NCBI GenBank assembly: GCA_015062545.1
Contig: SUUL01000002.1
Coordinates: forward strand, 114,995 to 178,994
Reading direction: 5' to 3'
From: Alphaproteobacteria bacterium
GTDB lineage: Bacteria; Pseudomonadota; Alphaproteobacteria; Rs-D84
DNA: 64,000 bases
The translations under genes and the position numbers were made by a program. Within the stretch, counting starts at the first letter, position 1. The number at the start of each line of letters is the position of its first letter. Below the pieces are notes generated by a model. It was not told the origin of the DNA, searched no databases, and saw only the letters and a program-made list of their open reading frames with translations. Positions 56,484 through 64,000 of this stretch are shown piece by piece.

Positions 56484-57089
56484 TTATTCTGCATCTGCAG
56501 CTGATTCTTCTGCAACCGGTGCCGCTGCGGCAACAGTTTCTTCTGCAACCACTTCTTCAGCAGCTGGTGCTTCTTCGGATTCTTCTACTTTCTTAGAACC
56601 GAATGTCAGAACCTTGCCAGAAACCAATGCATCAATTTCGTCTTGTGTCTGTGCAACATAAATTTTCACAGGAACAATAACGTCTGGATGCAATGCAATC
56701 TGGGTATCAAATGCACCAACAGATTTAATTGGGGCACCCAACATAACCTGGGCTGATTCAACAGATACATTTGCAACTTCTTTCAACATACGTGCAATAT
56801 CACGTGTTGATACAGAACCGTACAACTGACCTGTGTCACCGGCCTGGCGAATCATGTGCAGTTTTGCATTCTTGACCGCATCAACATTTGCCTGGGCTGA
56901 TTTCTTGGCTGCTTCTTGGCGGGCAGTCAATTCTGCTTTCTTGGCTTCGAACAATGCAACGTTTTCACGTGTAAAACGCATTGCCTTGCCGTTTGGCAAC
57001 AAGTAATTACGGGCAAAACCTGTTTTTACTTCTACTGCATCACCGATATTACCCAATTTTGTGATTTTTTCTGTCAAAATAACTTTCAT
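56484..57089 (-). CDS. rplI: 50S ribosomal protein L9 with acidic Ala/Glu-rich C-terminal extension
   Basis: 'MKVILTEKITKLGNIGDAVEVKTGFARNYLLP' L9 N-terminus. Confidence 0.9.
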   Translation of the reverse strand: MKVILTEKITKLGNIGDAVEVKTGFARNYLLPNGKAMRFTRENVALFEAKKAELTARQEAAKKSAQANVDAVKNAKLHMIRQAGDTGQLYGSVSTRDIARMLKEVANVSVESAQVMLGAPIKSVGAFDTQIALHPDVIVPVKIYVAQTQDEIDALVSGKVLTFGSKKVEESEEAPAAEEVVAEETVAAAAPVAEESAADAE

Positions 57090-57120
57090 AATCTGTCCTT
57101 ATTGTTTTATAAGTTAGGGA

Positions 57121-57348
57121 TTAACCCAAATTGTTACGAACGAATGGCATCAAGCCCAAATGACGTGCACGTTTAATGGCGGTTGCCAAGGCGCGCTGAT
57201 CCTTTTGGGATACGCCACTGATACGAGATGGCACAATTTTACCACGTTCTGTGATATAATGTGACAATGTCTTGATGTCTTTGTAATCAATTACTTTACC
57301 CTTTAATGGGTTAGCTTTCTTACGATAAATTGCTGCACGAACTGCCAT
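57121..57348 (-). CDS. rpsR: 30S ribosomal protein S18
   Basis: '[50 protein letters not shown]'. Confidence 0.9.
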   Translation of the reverse strand: MAVRAAIYRKKANPLKGKVIDYKDIKTLSHYITERGKIVPSRISGVSQKDQRALATAIKRARHLGLMPFVRNNLG

Positions 57349-57686
57349 TATTCTGCCTCCTCGGTATTCTTTTTCATCATGATAGAAGGTGTTGAAGACA
57401 ATTCGTCAACACGAACATTTAAGAAACGGATTACGTCTTCATCAATGCGTGAACGGCGTTCCAATTCTGTAATCTGAGAACCCGGCAATTCAATGTTCAA
57501 CATTACGTAATGCGCTTTGCGGTTTTTACGAATGATGTATGCCAAATTTTTCAAACCCCAAAATTCTGTGGATTTAACATCGCCACCCAGTTCTTTGATG
57601 ATTTCTGAGAATTTAGCCGCTTTTTCTTTAACCTGCGGTTCGGTCAAGTCCTGGCGAAAAACCAAGACGCTTTCATAGTAAGCCAT
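57348..57686 (-). CDS. rpsF: 30S ribosomal protein S6
   Basis: '[21 protein letters not shown]...[24 protein letters not shown]'. Confidence 0.9.
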   Translation of the reverse strand: MAYYESVLVFRQDLTEPQVKEKAAKFSEIIKELGGDVKSTEFWGLKNLAYIIRKNRKAHYVMLNIELPGSQITELERRSRIDEDVIRFLNVRVDELSSTPSIMMKKNTEEAE

Positions 57687-57782
57687 TTTATTTCCTTTGG
57701 TTTATATAGCCAATGACACCGTGTCATTAGCAGGAACGGTGACAATTATGGCAATTTTTTTACAAAAATCAAGTATTTTTTA

Positions 57783-59972
57783 TTACATAAAGTTTATCGG
57801 GTTAACATCTATCTTGACGCGTATATTGGCAGGTTGCTTTACCTTGGCCAGCCAATGTGAAACAACCGGCTGCAGCGCGGATGTGGCCGACCCCGCAACC
57901 AAAAAGCGCATCCGATACCAATTTCGGATTTGATATATCTGGGCGGTAATTGGCCCCATTATTTTTCCACCCTGTAAAAGTGGGGCGGCAGCCGCCAATT
58001 CGTCACAATATCGGCGCAATACATGTTCTTTTTCCCCTTCTATGATAACAGCAATTAACTGACCGTATGGTGGCATCTGGGCAGCACGCCGCCCCGCCAT
58101 ATCCGTTGCCATAAATTCATCACGATTGCCGGCACAAATCGCCGTCAATACAGGGTGTTCGGGCTGATAGGTCTGCATCATTACATGCCCAGGCTGCGCG
58201 CCCCGCCCCGCGCGTCCCGCAACCTGAAACAACTGCTGAAAAGTGTGTTCGGCGGCACGAAAATCTGTCCCAAACAGCCCCATATCCGCATCAACAACAC
58301 CAACCAAGGTCAAATTCGGAAAATGATGACCTTTGGCCAAAATCTGGGTACCAATCACAATATCAATATCCCCAGATTCCATTCGTCCCACCAATCTTTC
58401 CAATGCCTGACGCGATGTGATAATATCACTGGACACCAGGGCTGTGCGCGCATTTGGAAAACGAATATTTACTTCTTGCTGTATTTTTTCCAAACCAACA
58501 CCACGCATAGAAACATCGCCACCACAATCGGGACAAGATTTGCTTAACGGTGCTGTACGGCCACACATGTGACATAATAATTTTCCAATGCGCTGATGAT
58601 ATGTCATGCCGACACTGCAATCAGGACATGTCGCCGTCCAGCCACATTTCTTGCACTGAACAATCGGCGCAAAACCGCGGCGATTGATAAACAGCATTAT
58701 CTGATTGCGCGCAGATAATGTTTCACTAATCGCATCACACAATACAGGTGATAAAAATCCCGTCTGTTCTTCGCCATCCACTATGTATGGTGTTGGGCGG
58801 TGTTCACGCAAATCAATCGTTGATATTTTCGGCAACTGCGCCCCACCATATCGCGATGTCAAACACAGATGTTCGTATTTTCCACTGGCAACATTTTCCA
58901 ATGTTTCTGCGGCGGGGGTGGCACTGGCCAAGACAATGGGGAAACCGGCAATTTTCGCACGCAAAATTGCCATGTCGCGCGCGTGATAGTTACCCATATC
59001 TTCTTGCTTGTAAGACGTGTCATGTTCTTCGTCAACAACAATCAGCCCCAGGTTCTGCCACGGCAAAAATAACGCGCTGCGCGTGCCAACAACCATACGA
59101 ATTTTACCGTCCAACACGCCATGCCAAATTTCACGGCGGCGCGCGGCGGTCAGATTACTGTGCCAAACAACGGGGGGCGCACCAAAGCGCGATTCAAAAC
59201 GCGACATAAACTGGGCCGTCAGCGCAATTTCTGGCATCATCAACAACACAGAATGTCCCGCACGATACGCACGCCATGCAGAATCAAAATAAACCTGGGT
59301 TTTACCACTGCCCGTAATTCCATCCAATAAATGAACAGAAAATCCGCCCGTGCGAACAGAATTCCCGATTACATCCGCCGCAGACTGCTGTTCTGTATTC
59401 AATGTGACATTCCCAGAATCCTGATATACCGGGATTGTCAGATGATGCTTGATTTGTTCCCCAGATGGATACAGCAGACCATTTTTTATCATGGTGCGTA
59501 CCACAGCCGGACTGACGTGGGCAATATTTTGTATGTCACCGACTGTCATCGGCGCATTATCATTAGATGCGAATGCATCTGCGACCGCCTGACGATTTTG
59601 GGTCATGCGACCCGCACAGGTAAAATCAAATGAATACAACTGTTCCATGCGCGGTGGCAAAAAGGCATCTGGGATATTAATAATCAAACGCAAAACCAAT
59701 CCCAATGGTATCAATGTCCAATCAGACATCTTTTTTATCCATTGCAGGTCTGCAATATTCAAGTGCGCATCATGTACCACAGAAATATCTTTGATTTTTG
59801 ATTGGGGCAGATTGCTGTCGCCAATTCCCCATATCACACCAACGCATGGACGGTTCATCACATTAACAGATACAAACGTCCCAATGTCCGCAGATACAGG
59901 CAAACGATAATCATAGCCCGAATTTGGAATATTTGATATTAAAACTTTGACAATAGTACCTGGGGTAAACAT
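57783..59972 (-). CDS. priA: primosomal protein N' (PriA helicase)
   Basis: Walker A 'GITGSGKT', 'VVDEEHD', Cys4 zinc motifs 'CKKCGWTATCPDCS...CHMCG...CPDCG'; 729 aa. Confidence 0.9.
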   Translation of the reverse strand: MFTPGTIVKVLISNIPNSGYDYRLPVSADIGTFVSVNVMNRPCVGVIWGIGDSNLPQSKIKDISVVHDAHLNIADLQWIKKMSDWTLIPLGLVLRLIINIPDAFLPPRMEQLYSFDFTCAGRMTQNRQAVADAFASNDNAPMTVGDIQNIAHVSPAVVRTMIKNGLLYPSGEQIKHHLTIPVYQDSGNVTLNTEQQSAADVIGNSVRTGGFSVHLLDGITGSGKTQVYFDSAWRAYRAGHSVLLMMPEIALTAQFMSRFESRFGAPPVVWHSNLTAARRREIWHGVLDGKIRMVVGTRSALFLPWQNLGLIVVDEEHDTSYKQEDMGNYHARDMAILRAKIAGFPIVLASATPAAETLENVASGKYEHLCLTSRYGGAQLPKISTIDLREHRPTPYIVDGEEQTGFLSPVLCDAISETLSARNQIMLFINRRGFAPIVQCKKCGWTATCPDCSVGMTYHQRIGKLLCHMCGRTAPLSKSCPDCGGDVSMRGVGLEKIQQEVNIRFPNARTALVSSDIITSRQALERLVGRMESGDIDIVIGTQILAKGHHFPNLTLVGVVDADMGLFGTDFRAAEHTFQQLFQVAGRAGRGAQPGHVMMQTYQPEHPVLTAICAGNRDEFMATDMAGRRAAQMPPYGQLIAVIIEGEKEHVLRRYCDELAAAAPLLQGGKIMGPITAQIYQIRNWYRMRFLVAGSATSALQPVVSHWLAKVKQPANIRVKIDVNPINFM

Positions 59973-60044
59973 GGTTATAAAATACTTGTTTTTTTTTTTA
60001 TTTTCAATAATATTTATCAGTGCATATCATCAGGAGCTTTTAAT

Positions 60045-60776
60045 ATGTGGCGTTTGTATTTTGAATTCATGGATTTTATCGTTGGTTTTGTACCAAATCG
60101 CCGATTGCGTGAAAAAATCAGAAAACAAGACCTGTACGATTATCGCAAGAAATTCAATGCATTGCGTTGCGCCCTGCCCCAGGCGGAATTCAAACATATA
60201 CGCGTTATCAAAGGTGGGTGGAATATTGGCTTTATTATCGACAATAAATACGTGTGCAAAATTCGCAAACAATATGACAAAGAAATTACTAATGAGAAGA
60301 TAATGCGCGAAAAACGTATAACAGATGCATTTGCAAAAATTGTATCGTTGAAAATCCCAAAAATTGAACTGATACAGTCAAAAGGATTTACATTTTATAA
60401 GTACAATTTTATTCCAGGAAAAAATCTGAACCGTCTGTCACGCAAAAAAATTAGTGAAAACGGATGGCTGCTGTCACAGAAAATCGCAGAATTTATTGAC
60501 GCAATGCATAACAACGACCCTGTGGAACTGGCAGATCTGAAAACGGGACATGGGGATGGATGGAATCATAACGATATATGCAATAATATCATTATTAATC
60601 CAAAAACTATGCAGGTGGTGGGATTGATAGACTGGGAATATTCTGGGTGGGGTACATTAGAAACAGAATTTGAGAACTGTGACAGATTTTCCAAAAAAAT
60701 GGAAAAAGCAGGATTTGGGACCGCCGTACAGATTCATTATCATCTGATACAAAAACAGAAAAAATCGGCATCTTAA
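60045..60776 (+). CDS. phosphotransferase (APH/choline-kinase-like kinase fold)
   Basis: 'HNDICNNIIIN...VGLIDWEYSGWG' catalytic-loop and DxD-like motifs. Confidence 0.6.
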   Translation: MWRLYFEFMDFIVGFVPNRRLREKIRKQDLYDYRKKFNALRCALPQAEFKHIRVIKGGWNIGFIIDNKYVCKIRKQYDKEITNEKIMREKRITDAFAKIVSLKIPKIELIQSKGFTFYKYNFIPGKNLNRLSRKKISENGWLLSQKIAEFIDAMHNNDPVELADLKTGHGDGWNHNDICNNIIINPKTMQVVGLIDWEYSGWGTLETEFENCDRFSKKMEKAGFGTAVQIHYHLIQKQKKSAS

Positions 60777-60838
60777 TATTGACAAACTTCATTTTTAGTG
60801 TATATTAATACCTGTAATAACAAATTCAGGGGTTAATT

Positions 60839-61396
60839 ATGCAAAAAAAGGTTACTAATTCTGCAGCACAACAGTTGTTCCATGAATACATCATGGAAAC
60901 GTCCAAGAAATTCATTTCTTCATTTGGGCCTGCTTATATGTTCCAGCACGAAGTACGCAATAGATGGCGTAATGAAATTCCATATTCTGAAAAAGCAGAA
61001 GATTTCTTGGTTTATGATACCAGACTGTTCTTGCGGTTGTTAAACGACAAAAATCCAAACTCAACAAATCCGGTTTTCTTGAAGTCTTTGATTAATTTAA
61101 TCGTAGATTATTTGTCTGCATATACTATGCGCGCACCAGGGCGTACAAGAAATGCTGCAAAAAAAATTCTGAAAGATAAATTATGGGACAACAACCCATA
61201 TATACAAAATATGTTGGCACGACAAGCACAAACAAAACAAGAACGCAAGCATCGTACACCACAAACAGTTGCAAAAAAACGCAAACTAGAAGCAAAAAAG
61301 CAAGCCGCTGTTGATAAAGAAGTGGCACAGGACGTACGTGAAGAATTCAGACGCTTGTCAGAAATGCGCAAGTTCAAAAAAGGCTATCTAAGATGA
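60839..61396 (+). CDS. hypothetical protein with K/E/R-rich C-terminus (paralog 1)
   Basis: 185 aa; architecture shared with next ORF. Confidence 0.45.
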   Translation: MQKKVTNSAAQQLFHEYIMETSKKFISSFGPAYMFQHEVRNRWRNEIPYSEKAEDFLVYDTRLFLRLLNDKNPNSTNPVFLKSLINLIVDYLSAYTMRAPGRTRNAAKKILKDKLWDNNPYIQNMLARQAQTKQERKHRTPQTVAKKRKLEAKKQAAVDKEVAQDVREEFRRLSEMRKFKKGYLR

Positions 61397-61959
61397 TACA
61401 AAAAAATGTACGCCCAGGCGCAATGCGCGTTTTTCATAAAAAATACCTGCCGTTTATTGTAGCAGAATTTATAAAGGTCGCACCTGTATCTTATGCAACA
61501 GAAGAAGAACTGAAAAGCATTTGGCGCACCCAAACCCCATACGATAAACGTGTTGCAGATCATATAGAAATGCAATCCAAGGTGTTCCTGACACTGGCTT
61601 TTGAACGCAACGACCCGCGCAGATTTGATATTGAACTGTTGGACGATTTGACAGATATGATGGCGCGTTATCTTGCACCCTATTTCTGTCAAGCAACCAC
61701 ACCACCAACACCAAAATCTGTTATCTGGGAACGCTTGAAGCACACACTGTTTACAGAAAATGAATCTGTTATTCGCAACAAACAAAGAAATGAAGAACGC
61801 GAACAAAAACGCGCCGCAAAATTGGTTGAACAAGCCGCAGAAGAAGAAAAAGCTGCACAACCAAAACAAAAACGTGTGCGCGTAATTAAAACAGCAAACA
61901 ACCAATCTGTTTACGCGGTTCGCATAGATATCCCCAACTTGACACAAAAAGTCAGATAA
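61393..61959 (+). CDS. hypothetical protein with K/E/R-rich C-terminus (paralog 2)
   Basis: 188 aa; coupled start; similar N-domain and charged C-tail. Confidence 0.45.
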   Translation: MIQKNVRPGAMRVFHKKYLPFIVAEFIKVAPVSYATEEELKSIWRTQTPYDKRVADHIEMQSKVFLTLAFERNDPRRFDIELLDDLTDMMARYLAPYFCQATTPPTPKSVIWERLKHTLFTENESVIRNKQRNEEREQKRAAKLVEQAAEEEKAAQPKQKRVRVIKTANNQSVYAVRIDIPNLTQKVR

Positions 61960-61984
61960 ACAAAAAACCACCGTTTGGTGGTTT

Positions 61985-62872
61985 TTATTTTATTGTGTTA
62001 TCAATATCTGATGCGTCCGGAACATTTGGTATTATTATATCTGGATTAAACTGGGTTCTGAACCAGGTACGTTGACGTTTGGCATATTGATTTGTCTTGT
62101 TCACCCAATTTTCCATACATTCGCCTTCGCTGATTTCGCCACGGATAAACTGACACAACTGTGATGCACCAATCGCACGACTTTCATCCCAGCCTGAATC
62201 AATGACAGATTGTGCCTCGGACAATGCGCCACCAGACAGCATTTCTGGTATTCGCGCGGCAATACGTTCGCGTAAAACCGCAGAATCCGGCAATATTAAA
62301 ACCTTGGTCGCCAACGGAGCAACTGCGCCAACACGTGGTAACGACTGAAATTCAGATAAATGTTTACCCGTTTCCAAAAACACCTCTAGCGCGCGCGCGA
62401 CACGTTGGGGGTCCGTATGTCGAAAATCCGATGGCAGCAACGCAATCGCACCAGATATATCGTTTGCAACCATTTCACGGGCGCGGGCGCGGTTGGTGTC
62501 TGAAACATCTGGCATTGGCGATATACCATTTACCAACGCATTTATGTAATACCCCGTGCCACCCACAAATATTGGTGTACGCCCTGATGCAACAGCCGCA
62601 TCGTATTCACGGCGCGCCAAATCCAGATAATCTGCAACAGAAATCTGTTCCGATAACGGCAAAACAGAAAATAATCTGTATGGAATACCATCTATTTCGT
62701 CCGTCAAGGGACGATTTGCAAAAGGACTGGCCGAAATGTTTTCAATCCCACGATATATTTGAACACTGTCGCAATTTATAACCGTACCTTTTATACGCAA
62801 CGCCAAGGCATGGGCAAAACTGGACTTGCCCGATGCAGTTGGACCTGTGATAATGTACGCCGTATGCTTCAT
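61985..62872 (-). CDS. miaA: tRNA dimethylallyltransferase
   Basis: 'IITGPTASGKSSFA', 'INCDSVQIYRG', 'LVGGTGYY' motifs. Confidence 0.9.
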   Translation of the reverse strand: MKHTAYIITGPTASGKSSFAHALALRIKGTVINCDSVQIYRGIENISASPFANRPLTDEIDGIPYRLFSVLPLSEQISVADYLDLARREYDAAVASGRTPIFVGGTGYYINALVNGISPMPDVSDTNRARAREMVANDISGAIALLPSDFRHTDPQRVARALEVFLETGKHLSEFQSLPRVGAVAPLATKVLILPDSAVLRERIAARIPEMLSGGALSEAQSVIDSGWDESRAIGASQLCQFIRGEISEGECMENWVNKTNQYAKRQRTWFRTQFNPDIIIPNVPDASDIDNTIK

Positions 62873-62978
62873 TTGTCGGAATTATAGTATGATTGTCCCA
62901 AAAGTAAATAAAATATTGAATTTCTGAAAATTCTGGTGCTATGATATACCTGTCCAATAAAAAAGAAAGGAAGTATAT

Positions 62979-63980
62979 ATGTCAAAATTAAGAGTAGCAA
63001 TTAATGGTTTCGGACGTATCGGGCGCTTGGTATTGCGTGCGGCGTTGGAATCAAAACGCGAGGATATTGAATTTGTCGCAGTCAATGATTTGGCACCCGC
63101 AGAACAAAATGCATATTTGCTGAAATACGATTCTGTACATGGCAACCTGCCAATGGATGTAAAGTTGGATGGCGATTATATTTTGGTTGGCAATCAAAAG
63201 ATTAAATGTATTGCAGAACGTGACCCATCCAAGTTGCCTTGGGGCGAATTAGATATTGATGTTGTTATGGAATGTACAGGTATCTTTACCGCCGCGGACA
63301 AGGCGCGCGTACATTTGGACGCAGGTGCAAAACGCGTGTTGGTATCGGCACCATCTGCGGGCGCAGATAAAACAATCGTATATGGTGTAAATCAAAACAC
63401 ATTAACACCAGAAGATTTGATTGTATCAAATGCATCATGTACAACAAATTGCTTGGCACCCGTGGTCAAGGTCTTGAATGACACATTTGGTGTTGTATCT
63501 GGATGGATGACAACGGTACACGCATATACAGGCGACCAACAATTACTGGATAAAAATCACAAAGATTTCCGCCGTGCACGTGCGGCAAATCTGTCTATGA
63601 TTCCAACCAGCACAGGCGCAGCCAAGGCAATCGGATTGGTATTGCCAGAATTGGCAGGTAAATTAGACGGCATGGCAATTCGTGTTCCAACACCTGATGT
63701 ATCTGTGGTGGAATTGGTTGCGAACTTGGCAAAAGATGCAACCGTTGATGCTGTTAACAGTGCGATGAAGGCGGCAGAATCTGAAACATTTGGATACAAT
63801 GATTTACCATTGGTATCTATTGACTTTACACACGATGCGCACAGTTCAATTTTTGACGCAAGCCAAACCAAGGTTCTGGACGACAAATTGGTACACGTAA
63901 CGGCATGGTATGACAACGAATGGGGCTTTTCAAACCGCATGTGCGATACAGCCGTTGCAATCGGAAAATTAATCAAATAA
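62979..63980 (+). CDS. gap: glyceraldehyde-3-phosphate dehydrogenase
   Basis: 'VAINGFGRIGR', 'SNASCTTNCLAP' active-site Cys, 333 aa. Confidence 0.95.
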   Translation: MSKLRVAINGFGRIGRLVLRAALESKREDIEFVAVNDLAPAEQNAYLLKYDSVHGNLPMDVKLDGDYILVGNQKIKCIAERDPSKLPWGELDIDVVMECTGIFTAADKARVHLDAGAKRVLVSAPSAGADKTIVYGVNQNTLTPEDLIVSNASCTTNCLAPVVKVLNDTFGVVSGWMTTVHAYTGDQQLLDKNHKDFRRARAANLSMIPTSTGAAKAIGLVLPELAGKLDGMAIRVPTPDVSVVELVANLAKDATVDAVNSAMKAAESETFGYNDLPLVSIDFTHDAHSSIFDASQTKVLDDKLVHVTAWYDNEWGFSNRMCDTAVAIGKLIK

Positions 63981-64000
63981 AAAATGCCCCGTTTGGGGCT

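Overview
Contig from an approximately 40% GC bacterium; the gene order (rpsF-rpsR-rplI with no ssb/priB between them, frr-uppS-cdsA-rseP-bamA) suggests an alphaproteobacterium, possibly an intracellular or endosymbiotic lineage. This is an inference from gene content only. Core genes include recG, priA, dnaB, birA, miaA, gap, frr, uppS, cdsA, rseP, bamA, rpsF/rpsR/rplI, two MFS transporters and tRNA-His, tRNA-Ala and tRNA-Lys. About half of the window is accessory DNA, described below in order. (1) 1-9975: a cluster of three RimL-type GNAT acetyltransferases, two NUDIX hydrolases (one fused to ASCH), an LD-carboxypeptidase (S66/MccF-like), a histidine-phosphatase fusion, a HExxH protein and two P-loop NTPases. 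An AT-rich P-loop gene in this cluster is bracketed by 84-bp direct repeats copied from the start of the neighbouring FlaR-like gene. (2) 9976-14296: a lysozyme/toxin island. It holds a GH108 lysozyme, a protein with a YkuD/Tlde1-like catalytic motif followed by two small membrane proteins and two orphan C-terminal toxin fragments (polymorphic-toxin style), a lipoprotein, and a MuF-motif::GH24 lysozyme fusion. It ends at a duplicated tRNA-His 3' end plus terminator. (3) 14651-20228: a roughly 5.6-kb integrative element in tRNA-Lys, bounded by 46-bp repeats. It carries a P4-like tyrosine integrase, a superinfection-immunity (Imm_superinfect) protein and a possible HUH Rep. (4) 29186-31563: tandem paralogous coiled-coil proteins next to the tRNAs. 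(5) 42115-54530: a compact T7-like head/tail/packaging/lysis cluster (portal, capsid, gp11/gp12 tail tube, holin, SleB-like endolysin). It has no integrase, polymerase, internal core proteins or tail fibres, and it includes a Lys/Ala-rich histone H1-like gene. Its large terminase is split into separate ATPase and nuclease ORFs, which flank a 3.3-kb opposite-strand module (dnaB, CI/LexA-like repressor, one unknown gene). I regard this as the most likely candidate for a previously undescribed system, for example a podovirus-derived particle or GTA-like element. (6) A promoter-plus-terminator-defined sRNA candidate of about 190 nt at 56.2 kb.
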